Assembly: GCA_965197925.1 (NCBI GenBank)
Contig: CBDAOC010000018.1
Span: 290,407 to 354,406, forward strand
From: Nitrososphaerales archaeon
GTDB taxonomy: Archaea > Thermoproteota > Nitrososphaeria > Nitrososphaerales > UBA213
Direction of reading: 5' to 3'
DNA: 64,000 nt
In this document: positions 11,472 to 20,595 of the stretch, piece by piece
Position numbering within the stretch: position 1 is the stretch's first letter
How the letters are laid out: each line of letters starts with the position of its first letter
Position numbers and translations under genes: made by a program
Notes under the pieces: model-generated
Database searches by the model: none
What the model saw: the letters and a program-made list of their open reading frames with translations, nothing else
Told to the model about the DNA's origin: nothing

Positions 11472-12125
11472 TCAAGTTACCTCCTCCTCTGTCAACTTGG
11501 TTTCAAAATCATCAATCACATATTCATTACCATTATAAACTATTTTATCTATAGGTTGTTCTTCAGGCTTTATTTTATTCAATCTGGCAAGAACTTCCTT
11601 TGCTATAAGCCAATACACTGTAGCAAGAGCTTTTCGTCCTCTGTTATTAGCGGGTATTACAAGATCAACTTTTGACGTAACATTATCACTATTAGATATA
11701 GCTATAACGGGCAATCCTGCTCTCGTAGCCTCGAGCACTGCCTGCTCGTCCGCTTGAGGGTCGGTGACTAAGATAAGCCCAGGTTCCATGTAGTTGGGGA
11801 GTAAGGGATTGGTAAAAGTTCCAGGCATGAATCTTTCCAGTATTGGGGTAGCACCAGTAAGCTCGCAGAACTTCTGAACAGGCGTTTTACCATATTCTCT
11901 AGCTGAACATACAGCCACCTTTAATAGTGGCATTCTAGAAATAAAGCTTGCCGTAACTTCAATTCTCTCAAGCGTTTGATTCATATCAAGTATGTATAAT
12001 CCTTCAGGGTTGGTCTTTGTTATGAAAGGCAACATATACTTGGTCTTTACAGGTGTACCTACCCTTATACCTGTGGAAAGCAACATCTTTTCAAGCAGAT
12101 TTTCCCCTTCAACGGCAGTCATCAT
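11472..12125 (-). CDS. rps2: 30S ribosomal protein S2
   Basis: RFMPGTFTNP, DPQADEQA, PANNRGRKAL. Confidence 0.97.
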   Translation of the reverse strand: MMTAVEGENLLEKMLLSTGIRVGTPVKTKYMLPFITKTNPEGLYILDMNQTLERIEVTASFISRMPLLKVAVCSAREYGKTPVQKFCELTGATPILERFMPGTFTNPLLPNYMEPGLILVTDPQADEQAVLEATRAGLPVIAISNSDNVTSKVDLVIPANNRGRKALATVYWLIAKEVLARLNKIKPEEQPIDKIVYNGNEYVIDDFETKLTEEEVT

Positions 12126-12149
12126 AACTCACTACATAATACACTAATT

Positions 12150-13388
12150 TTAAACTTCTGCCATACCATCTATCAACTTGGTCTCTGAAAGTCGTAACAA
12201 TTCGTTCAACTTGGCTATCCTTTCTCCTCCCAAAACTCCAGTCTTGATCATTCTAGCCTCTGTTGCAATAGCTATATGGGCCAAATGATTATCGATAGAT
12301 TCGCCAGATCTGTGTGATGCTATTAACTTGACTTTATTTTCATTGCATTTTTTAGCAAAACACATTGCATCATGCAAACTGCCTGCCTGATTTACTTTCA
12401 ATATTGCGGCGTTACAAGCACCATGTTTAATGGCCTTGGTAAGTTTTCCCACATTGGTTACTAATAGATCATCACCTGTAACATATACATTCCTGAATCT
12501 CTTAGTCAATTCAGTCATTTCCTCAAAAGCTTCCTCATGCACTGGATCTTCTACGTAGATCAGTTTATAGTCTTTGATTATTTTTGAAACGAATTCAACC
12601 TGTCTTGAAGGTGTAAGCTTCTTTCCTGAACGCTCATATACATACGCATTTGATTTTTCATTCCATAGAGAAGATGTGGCAAAATCAACACCTATTGCAA
12701 TATCCCTTCCAAGTTTGAACCCGCAATCATTACATGCATTCTCAACTGCATCCAAAGCATGTATATCGTTCATTCTAGGAGCCCATGCACCCTCATCACC
12801 CCTTCCATAAGTAAATTCTTTATCCTTGCGTTGTATAATATTCTTAAGCTCCTTATGCACTTTAATATTCATTTCCAACGCCTTGTTGATCGATTTGGCA
12901 CCTATAGGTATGACAAGAAATTCTTGTATATCCGGTGTTCCAGGTCCAGCATGCGCACCTCCCCCCAAAACATTGCCCAGCGGGAAGGGAAATTTGTATG
13001 AACCATTTTTCCTTAACACTTTGAACATAGGTATATTCAAGGTTTTAGCAGCAGAATCTAGAGCGGCTAAACTTAACGCATATGCAACCGAACCACCGAC
13101 CTTACTATAATTACTTGTACCATCAATCATTCTTAATGTATCATAAATTGCTTTAGTATCAGAAGTGTCAAGTCCAATGAATCTGTTAGTATTAGATTTA
13201 AGCATTTGAAGTGCATATTCAGGTTGATTCTTTGGAAAACTTCTGACTTCATACTTACCGACGCTTGCGCCAGAAGGTGCACAAGCTCTACCAAGATGTT
13301 TCTTGTCCGTTATAACATCGACTTCTACTGTTTTTTGCCCTCTGCTATTGTAGCATATCCTTCCGACGACGGAAGTTAAGCTAGGCAT
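12150..13388 (-). CDS. eno: enolase
   Basis: NSRG, PSGASVG, GDEGAW, GDDLLVTN, SHRSGE. Confidence 0.97.
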   Translation of the reverse strand: MPSLTSVVGRICYNSRGQKTVEVDVITDKKHLGRACAPSGASVGKYEVRSFPKNQPEYALQMLKSNTNRFIGLDTSDTKAIYDTLRMIDGTSNYSKVGGSVAYALSLAALDSAAKTLNIPMFKVLRKNGSYKFPFPLGNVLGGGAHAGPGTPDIQEFLVIPIGAKSINKALEMNIKVHKELKNIIQRKDKEFTYGRGDEGAWAPRMNDIHALDAVENACNDCGFKLGRDIAIGVDFATSSLWNEKSNAYVYERSGKKLTPSRQVEFVSKIIKDYKLIYVEDPVHEEAFEEMTELTKRFRNVYVTGDDLLVTNVGKLTKAIKHGACNAAILKVNQAGSLHDAMCFAKKCNENKVKLIASHRSGESIDNHLAHIAIATEARMIKTGVLGGERIAKLNELLRLSETKLIDGMAEV

Positions 13389-13389
13389 A

Positions 13390-13638
13390 TTACTCTAACT
13401 CTGCCTGGACTTCCTGTTTTTTCCGTCTCAACGCCTCATAGTACGGAATAACTTGATGAATAGTTTCAACTGTTGAGACAAACATTCTTCTGCAGCAGTA
13501 GCGTCTAACACCAAGCTCATCCATCACTTTTGCAGAGTCCTCACCATTTTTAACTCTATTATCATATTTCTGAAATTTGTCCCCAACCAAACCTCCACAG
13601 CTGAAACATCTTACTGGAACTAACATATCATTACTCAA
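13390..13638 (-). CDS. rpoN: RNA polymerase subunit N (Rpo10); likely start ATG 13626
   Basis: VPVRCFSCG and RYCCRRM. Confidence 0.97.
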   Translation of the reverse strand: MSNDMLVPVRCFSCGGLVGDKFQKYDNRVKNGEDSAKVMDELGVRRYCCRRMFVSTVETIHQVIPYYEALRRKKQEVQAELE

Positions 13639-13646
13639 ATGAAGGC

Positions 13647-13654
13647 TTTATAAA
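13647..13654. promoter_or_regulatory. palindromic TATA box probably shared by divergent rpoN and tRNA-Leu
   Basis: TTTATAAA lying ~20-25 nt from both the rpoN ATG (13626) and the tRNA 5' end (13680). Confidence 0.6.
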
Positions 13655-13679
13655 AACCAATCATCGATCTAGTTTGACT

Positions 13680-13764
13680 GCGGGAGTCGCCCAGCATGGC
13701 CAAAGGCGCTAGACTGAGGCTCTAGTCTCTTAGGAGTACGTGGGTTCAAATCCCACCTCCCGCA
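13680..13764 (+). tRNA. tRNA-Leu(GAG), intronless, CCA not encoded
   Basis: Acceptor stem GCGGGAG/CTCCCGC plus A73, anticodon arm CTAGA-CTGAGGC-TCTAG, long variable arm, GTGGG-TTCAAAT-CCCAC T arm. Confidence 0.96.
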
Positions 13765-13939
13765 TCATTCTTACTACAATTATTTTAGGTTTTGTTAGAA
13801 TCACAGTTTGAATATGCCTAAACACAGATTGTCTTTATGCTTGTATTGATCAGATAACAAATTTTATCGTTAGCAAAAGATTAGTGTTGAATTAGAAAAT
13901 TTAGGTAAAATTTAAAAAATATCTCATCATATTAGACAT

Positions 13940-14857
13940 ATGAGAATATGTTCTTTCCTCCCTAGCGCTACTGAGATACTCTACGAATTGGATCTAGGGA
14001 ACCATGTTGTTGGAGTAACCCATGCTTGTAATTTCCCCCCCGCCGCGAAAGGAAAGACTGTTGTAGTTAGAAGTGTTTTTGATGACTCTATTTTGACTAG
14101 TAAAGAAATCGATAATTTGATAGTTCAATTGGAGTGTGAAAGAAAGGATGTTTATGTAGTGGATGAATATGCGTTAAAAAACGCAGCTCCCGATCTAATA
14201 ATTGCACAGGGGTTATGTGACGTATGTTCACCACATAAGAAAGAACTTGACAGAGCAATGAATATTTTGAACAATAAACCTGAAGTCATTATGTTAAATC
14301 CTGACGATCTGGATGGAATAATTTTCTGTATTGGTGATATTGCTAAAAAAGTAGGAAAGGAGCAGAAGGGGAAGGAAATAATTGCATCACTGATGAGGCG
14401 TATAGACAACATAAGTTCTAAAGCCAAGGCGGCACTGAATAAGCCGAAAGTGCTCTGCATAGAGTGGTTAGACCCATTGTTCACATCCGGTCACTGGGTT
14501 CCACAAATGGTGGATCTCTCGGGAGGAATAAATGGTATTAGTAAAACAGGAGAAAGGTCGAGAAGGATGGAGTTGAGAGAAGTCATGGAATTCGATCCCG
14601 ATATAATAATTCTTATGCCCTGTGGTTTTAATATTGAGAGAACTATGAAAGAAATATGGCAAATAGAATGGATAGAGGAATGGAAGAACATTCGAGCAGT
14701 TAAGATGAAAGAAGTATACGCTACCGAAGCAAGTCCATACTTCAGCAGGCCGGGACCTAGGACTGTTGTTGGTATTGAAATACTAGCCAAGATAATTCAT
14801 CCAGAATTATTTACCGAACTAAAAGTTCCAGAGGATTCTTATACAAAAATTTATTGA
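13940..14857 (+). CDS. BtuF/TroA-like cobalamin/iron-complex binding protein, no signal peptide
   Basis: RICSFLPSATEIL, GVTHAC, CDVC, EWLDP..GHWVP, PCGF, FSRPGPR. Confidence 0.85.
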   Translation: MRICSFLPSATEILYELDLGNHVVGVTHACNFPPAAKGKTVVVRSVFDDSILTSKEIDNLIVQLECERKDVYVVDEYALKNAAPDLIIAQGLCDVCSPHKKELDRAMNILNNKPEVIMLNPDDLDGIIFCIGDIAKKVGKEQKGKEIIASLMRRIDNISSKAKAALNKPKVLCIEWLDPLFTSGHWVPQMVDLSGGINGISKTGERSRRMELREVMEFDPDIIILMPCGFNIERTMKEIWQIEWIEEWKNIRAVKMKEVYATEASPYFSRPGPRTVVGIEILAKIIHPELFTELKVPEDSYTKIY

Positions 14858-17502
14858 TTTTTTTTGTTTTTTATACTAATTTGTGCGGCGGCTATTAACG
14901 CTATAGGGATTCTATTTGGTGAAGTACTAACGTAGTTAAGATTTATAGTATCACAAAATGCAATTGAGTTGGGATTTCCTCCATGCTCACCACATATACC
15001 GACTTCAAGATCCTCTTTAACACTTCTACCATGCTCTACTGCAATTTGCATGATTTTACCTACTCCCTTTGAATCCAAAGTTTGAAATGGATTGTCTGCG
15101 ATAATTCCTTTCTCCAAGTAAAATGGTAAGAATTTTCCCTCTACGTCTTCCCTGCTAAAACTGAACACAGCTTGTGTAAGATCGTTTGTACCGAAACTAA
15201 AGAATTCTACTAATTCTGCAATTGAATCTGCAATCAAGCAAGCTCTAACTACCTCTATCATAGTTCCAAACTTTATACTCATCTTAGTTTGATGCTTTTG
15301 TTCAACTTCCTTCATTATTTTTTCATAAATTTTTTTTATCGTAACTAGTTCCTGTACACTTCCAACCTGCGGGATCATTATTTGTGGCTGAGCATTAACA
15401 TTCTGCTTGCTCAATTCATAAGTTGCTTCACAAATAGCCTTGATTTGCATTTCGTAAATTTCTGGAAAAGTTACTCCTAACCGAACTCCTCTATGACCCA
15501 TCATAGGATTGAACTCTGCCAATTCCCTAGCTCTTTCAAGCAGATTCTCCCTCCTTCTTCTTACAAGTGATTTCTTGTCGAATTTGTAGATCTGCGTTAG
15601 CAAGTCCTCTATTCTAGGAAGGAATTCATGCAATGGTGGATCTAATAATCTGAACGTAACAGGGTAGCCTTCCATTGCCTTCAATATAGCCTTGAAATCG
15701 GCCTTTTGCAAGGGCTTGAGATCATTCAATGCTTTCAATCTCTCCTTCTCTGATCTTGCCATGATCATCTTCACGAATAGAGCTAGGCGATCTTTGGTAT
15801 TGAACATTCTTTCTGTTCTACATAAACCAATTCCCTCTGCGCCACGTTTCCTTGCAAGCGCAACACCGTCAGGGGTACTAGCATTGGCCCTAATACCAAG
15901 CCTCTTGATTTCTCTAGCCCAATCTAACATTTGCTCGAATTCTTTCCCAGTTTCTGGTTGTATTGTAGGTAATTCTCCGCGGTATACATTACCCGTAAGA
16001 CCATCGATGGTGATAATAGAATTGGCTTTTACAATTGTCTTTCCAGCTATGAATCTATTGGTTTTATAATTGATCGATATATTGGAGCAGCCGACTATGC
16101 ATGGCTTACCCATACCTCGTGCAACTACTGCAGCATGTGAAGTCTTGCCACCCCTGCTTGTTAATATTCCATTAGATACGAAGAATGCTGAGACATCATC
16201 AGGTTTCGTTTCTTCCCTTACCAGAATCACATCATCTCCTCTCTTACCCATCTCCTCTGCTTTCTTTACATCAAATACCACTTTTCCAATCGCCGCTCCA
16301 GGTGAAGCTGATATCCCTACCGCAATTGGTTTTGCATTCACAATTGGATTAACTCTCTCGTGTAATATCTGCTTAAGCTGCTCTACATCAATTCGGAGTA
16401 TCGCTTCTTCTTTGGTGATAAGACCTTCAATGGCCATATCAACAGATGTCTTTACCTCAGCAATTGCGTTCATCTTAGCCGGTCTGGTTTGTAACAAGTA
16501 TAACTTGTCGTGTTGTATCGTGAATTCAACATCTTGTGGCTCTCTGTAATGTTTCTCCAGATTTTGACCCGTTTGAAACAATTGTTTATAGGTTGTTGGC
16601 ATCTTTGCTTCAAGTTTGTAGATCGGTTCTGGCGTTCTTACACCCGCTACAATATCCTCGCCTTGGGCATCGATCAGAAATTCTCCATAGAGTTTATTTT
16701 CACCAGTTTCTGGGTTTCTCGTAAATACAACCCCGGTAGCGCTGTTCTTACCCATGTTGCCAAATACCATAGTAATAATTGTAACAGCTGTTCCATTTGA
16801 TATATCTGAACTTATTTTGTAATATTTCCTATATTCGACTGCACGTTCACCCATCCAACTCCTGAATACAGCGTCTATAGCAAGTTCCAATTGCCGGTAA
16901 GGATCAGATGGAAATTTTTTTCCAGTATGTTTTTCACATATCTGTATAAACTTCTTAGTAAGCTCCTTCAACACATCTTCATCCAGTTCACTATCAAATT
17001 GTATTTTTTTTTGCTTCTTGGTATCTTCCAGCAATTTTGAGAGAATATTCTCCTCAGCACCAAGAACTATTTTTCCAAACATCTGAACAAACCTCCGATA
17101 AGCATCCCATGCAAATCTTGGATTACTACTCTGTGTTATTAACCCCTGAATAGTATCATCGTTAAGACCCAGATTTAGAATCGTGTCCATCATTCCTGGC
17201 ATGGATATTGAGGCACCTGAACGCACGGAGACCAGCAATGGGTTATTTTTATCTCCAAAAATCTTACCAGTAATCTTTTCCAGTCTCTTCACAGAAGTAT
17301 GGACCTGTTCAATCAATTCCCGTGGCAATTTTCCGCCATTTTCGTAGAACCTATTACATACTTCTGTAGTAACTACAAAGCCTGGAGGAACTGGTAAACC
17401 CAATCTTGTCATTTCACATAAACCTGCACCTTTTCCTCCGAGTAGTTTCTTATCACTTCCATCACCTTCATCAAAGAAAAGGATAGACTGTGTTTCTAGC
17501 AT
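14851..17502 (-). CDS. ppdK: pyruvate, phosphate dikinase
   Basis: GGKGAGL, SMPGMMDT, TSHAAVVAR phospho-His, GLCRTE, GICGEHGG. Confidence 0.98.
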   Translation of the reverse strand: MLETQSILFFDEGDGSDKKLLGGKGAGLCEMTRLGLPVPPGFVVTTEVCNRFYENGGKLPRELIEQVHTSVKRLEKITGKIFGDKNNPLLVSVRSGASISMPGMMDTILNLGLNDDTIQGLITQSSNPRFAWDAYRRFVQMFGKIVLGAEENILSKLLEDTKKQKKIQFDSELDEDVLKELTKKFIQICEKHTGKKFPSDPYRQLELAIDAVFRSWMGERAVEYRKYYKISSDISNGTAVTIITMVFGNMGKNSATGVVFTRNPETGENKLYGEFLIDAQGEDIVAGVRTPEPIYKLEAKMPTTYKQLFQTGQNLEKHYREPQDVEFTIQHDKLYLLQTRPAKMNAIAEVKTSVDMAIEGLITKEEAILRIDVEQLKQILHERVNPIVNAKPIAVGISASPGAAIGKVVFDVKKAEEMGKRGDDVILVREETKPDDVSAFFVSNGILTSRGGKTSHAAVVARGMGKPCIVGCSNISINYKTNRFIAGKTIVKANSIITIDGLTGNVYRGELPTIQPETGKEFEQMLDWAREIKRLGIRANASTPDGVALARKRGAEGIGLCRTERMFNTKDRLALFVKMIMARSEKERLKALNDLKPLQKADFKAILKAMEGYPVTFRLLDPPLHEFLPRIEDLLTQIYKFDKKSLVRRRRENLLERARELAEFNPMMGHRGVRLGVTFPEIYEMQIKAICEATYELSKQNVNAQPQIMIPQVGSVQELVTIKKIYEKIMKEVEQKHQTKMSIKFGTMIEVVRACLIADSIAELVEFFSFGTNDLTQAVFSFSREDVEGKFLPFYLEKGIIADNPFQTLDSKGVGKIMQIAVEHGRSVKEDLEVGICGEHGGNPNSIAFCDTINLNYVSTSPNRIPIALIAAAQISIKNKKNQ

Positions 17503-17621
17503 ATGCGATCTCCATATTTACCTATTATCAATCTTTTGACAGAATTTTGTCTGTAATTGAATATTAAATAAATTTTACAGATTCGATAACATTAAACACG
17601 AAGAAGGTCTATAATTTTTAA

Positions 17622-18545
17622 TTGAATAAAAGAACTGAGTTTGGAGTAGTATTGGGCTCAAAGGCTTCACCTCACATTGTGAGAGAGGCCGCTAGAATTT
17701 GCGATGATTCTGAAATGAACTCTTTCTGGGTACCCGAGACAACAGAATATGGAGGATTTGCTATGCTTGGATACCTTGCAAGTCATACAAGAAGAATCAT
17801 GCTTGGTTCAGGTATTGTTAATGTTTATAGCCGCTGTCCAAAGACCATCATGATGGAAGCAAAAAGTTTGTCCGAGCTAACCAATGGTCGATTTATCCTC
17901 GGTATTGGAGCAAGTTCTCCGCCGATAATTGAACAATGGCATGGGATCAAATTTGAGAGACCTATTCATAGAATGGTTCAAGCAACCAAAATTTTACGAG
18001 AGGGGTATAATGGCTTAATTTACTGGGCTACGATTAACAAGCTAATGACCAATAATGCAGGTAAATTTGCCGACGGCGTCATTTTTTTTCTCAAACCCAT
18101 CAATGTTGTAAAGAAGTACACTGAGTACCTCAAAGGAAGAACAGGTCAAATAGCAAATAACAAAGCAAAGATTGTATCATTTATACCCACGTATATTTCG
18201 AATGATATAGTGAAGGCTAAAAATATGGCAAGAACTACTATTGCGGCATATGTTGGCGGAAGTCCATTTTATGGTCAACCAATTATAGAAGCAGGCTACG
18301 CTGAAAGTGTCAATAAAATAAGAGATGCTTGGTCATTAGGAAATCGCACTTTATCCATTAAAAGTGTTCCCGATGAATTGGTTAGCTCAATAGCAGCGGT
18401 AGGGGACGTAGATGAATGTATTTCTACTCTTAAGGATCATGCCAGAAGTGGCATTTGTAAAGTAGTTGCTACTTTTGATCTCAGAAGGCATCTATATAAC
18501 GAACAATTCTTAAACAATTTACGGAAGTTCAATGATAAACTTTAG
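17622..18545 (+). CDS. luciferase-like monooxygenase superfamily oxidoreductase (Mer-like, probably F420-dependent)
   Basis: WVPE, T..I.LGSGIVNVYSR.P, GRFILGIGASS, ADG motifs. Confidence 0.85.
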   Translation: MNKRTEFGVVLGSKASPHIVREAARICDDSEMNSFWVPETTEYGGFAMLGYLASHTRRIMLGSGIVNVYSRCPKTIMMEAKSLSELTNGRFILGIGASSPPIIEQWHGIKFERPIHRMVQATKILREGYNGLIYWATINKLMTNNAGKFADGVIFFLKPINVVKKYTEYLKGRTGQIANNKAKIVSFIPTYISNDIVKAKNMARTTIAAYVGGSPFYGQPIIEAGYAESVNKIRDAWSLGNRTLSIKSVPDELVSSIAAVGDVDECISTLKDHARSGICKVVATFDLRRHLYNEQFLNNLRKFNDKL

Positions 18546-18554
18546 TGAGAACTA

Positions 18555-19667
18555 ATGACCGAATTTCTATCAATTTTATCAATAGCCACAAAATTTCCAC
18601 CCTTCAAATATTCAATAAAAGAATTTGTAGAATTTTTAAGCGACAGAATGACTGAGGCAGCAAAGGATTTTTTTATTAATTCACTTGGTATAAGCACGGT
18701 TTATCATTCCATAGATTACAATCAGATCGGCTTATCAGATGAACATTACGTTCTCCCTCACGTCAATTTAAGCGATCTCTACCTTGATGCCGCAAAAGAG
18801 TGTTTAGACAAAGCTATGGTAAGTGCAAAACAGGTGAAAAAGATAATAGTTATAAACGATAATCCGCAGACTCTAGATCCCTCGGTAACCAATGAACTTA
18901 TGTGCCGATTACCCCTACCATCTGCCACCTTAGATTTTAATTTACAGGGACATGCATGTTCATCATTGACTAGAGCAATGCATATTGCAAATTCACAATC
19001 AAATGAAGATTATTCTTTAGTTTTGATCGGGAATTATTACTCGCCTTGGTTCTTCGATATGACAAAACAGATAGAAATGGTATATGCTCCAAGTGAAATA
19101 AACTCAATAAAAAAAAGACGTAAGGACTTCAATACGTGCAATTATTTCCTTCAATTCAGTGATAATGCAACAGCACTCCTGATGTCTCATATGGAAGGTG
19201 GGCCCCTGAATGTGATCATGGATAGTATTACAACCAAAACCGGAGTAGAGTCCGATGATTACAAGACAGCAAGTCTTAAGATTATTCCAGATAAGAATAA
19301 TCGAGTTATTTTCGATATGGATGTAAATACTAAGCATCTTAAACAACGGGTCAAGCAATTGAGCAGAGAAGCAAAAATGGAAACACTGAAAAAATGTGGT
19401 ATGATGGAAAATGACATTAAGTTATGGTCCCTTCATACAGGTGGTAAGGTGTATGTTGATGGGGTGAGGGAAGAATGTGGTATTAGCTATGACAAGTGTA
19501 AAATAACATATGATATTATGAATGAAATTGGAAATACAGGCGCTTCGAGTTCCTCAATCTTGATGATGAAAACTCTTGAAAGAAAGGTTTTAAAGAATAG
19601 AGAGATAGGTGGAGTACTAGACTTCGGTTGGGGTCCCAAAGCTGATGCTTTTCTGTACTATATCTAG
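18555..19667 (+). CDS. divergent type III polyketide synthase / KAS III-fold condensing enzyme
   Basis: ILSIATKFPP N-terminus, GHAC(135)SS, QFSDNATA, WSLH(294)TGG, GN(327)TGASS, FGWGP; Cys-His-Asn triad with His-Asn spacing of 33 as in chalcone synthase. Confidence 0.8.
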   Translation: MTEFLSILSIATKFPPFKYSIKEFVEFLSDRMTEAAKDFFINSLGISTVYHSIDYNQIGLSDEHYVLPHVNLSDLYLDAAKECLDKAMVSAKQVKKIIVINDNPQTLDPSVTNELMCRLPLPSATLDFNLQGHACSSLTRAMHIANSQSNEDYSLVLIGNYYSPWFFDMTKQIEMVYAPSEINSIKKRRKDFNTCNYFLQFSDNATALLMSHMEGGPLNVIMDSITTKTGVESDDYKTASLKIIPDKNNRVIFDMDVNTKHLKQRVKQLSREAKMETLKKCGMMENDIKLWSLHTGGKVYVDGVREECGISYDKCKITYDIMNEIGNTGASSSSILMMKTLERKVLKNREIGGVLDFGWGPKADAFLYYI

Positions 19668-20546
19668 ATTGGTATTATTCCTAATTACTTTTTCCAAAAA
19701 GAACTCTCCGGCTCTATAAGAACTTCTAAGCAGGGGCCCAGAAACTACGTACATGAATCCCATATCCTCTATACTTTCTTTAAGGGAATTAAATATTTGT
19801 GGTGAAACATATTGAACAACAGGATAATGTTTTGGAGTTGGTTGTAGGTATTGACCCAATGTCAATATATCTACTTCAGCTGCTCGTAGATCTTTCGCTG
19901 TCTGAATAACCTCCGCCTCCGTTTCTCCAAGACCAAGCATTATTGAAGATTTTGTGTAGATCTTAGAATTGAAATCTTTAACCTTTTTCAATACCCATAA
20001 TGATTGTTCATACAATGCTCTAGAATCCCTAATTTTCGACGTAAGTCTACTTACAGTTTCTATGTTATGGCTTATTACTTCTGGTTGAGCATCCACTACC
20101 TTTTGTATTAAAACTTCATTCCCTCTGAAGTCAGGAATTAATGGTTCTACTATTGTTTTTGGACATAGTATTTTTACAGCCTTGATTGTTTTTGCAAAAT
20201 TCTCTGCCCCTCCATCCTCCAAGTCATCTCTACAAACAGAAGTAATTACTACGTACCTTAATCCCCATTCTTTGATCGCCTTAGCCACCCTTTCGGGCTC
20301 TTCTGAATCAAGTGATGTAGGTGTACCACTTTTTACAGCACAAAATCTACAGCCTCGAGTACATATATCTCCCATGATCATAATGGTAGCTGTTCCAGTT
20401 CCCCAACATTCTGCTATGTTAGGACATCTTGCTTCTTCACAAACAGTACTAAGCTTCAGAGTTCTAAGAGTTTGTTTAACTCGTACATAATTCTCATCTG
20501 AAGGTATTCTCACTCTAAGCCACTCAGGTTTTCTAATTTTTTCCAT
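19617..20546 (-). CDS. lipA: lipoyl synthase
   Basis: CEEARCPNIAEC (CX4CX5C), CTRGCRFC radical SAM motif, HNIETV, RSSY; start placed at ATG 20546 (MEKIRKPEWL). Confidence 0.97.
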   Translation of the reverse strand: MEKIRKPEWLRVRIPSDENYVRVKQTLRTLKLSTVCEEARCPNIAECWGTGTATIMIMGDICTRGCRFCAVKSGTPTSLDSEEPERVAKAIKEWGLRYVVITSVCRDDLEDGGAENFAKTIKAVKILCPKTIVEPLIPDFRGNEVLIQKVVDAQPEVISHNIETVSRLTSKIRDSRALYEQSLWVLKKVKDFNSKIYTKSSIMLGLGETEAEVIQTAKDLRAAEVDILTLGQYLQPTPKHYPVVQYVSPQIFNSLKESIEDMGFMYVVSGPLLRSSYRAGEFFLEKVIRNNTNLDIVQKSISFGTPTEV

Positions 20547-20580
20547 TTCTTGATCAAGAAAGATACATAATAATAAGAGT
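20546..20580. promoter_or_regulatory. divergent lipA/gcvT promoter with 16-bp perfect palindrome
   Basis: TTTCTTGATCAAGAAA at 20546-20561; AT tract TAATAATAA centred ~25 nt from both start codons. Confidence 0.5.
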
Positions 20581-20595
20581 TCACTTTTCACTTGA

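Noticed and set aside
13680..13764. tRNA-Leu as integration site for the GCS block
   Set aside because: No duplicated tRNA 3' end or integrase seen, and ppdK lies between them
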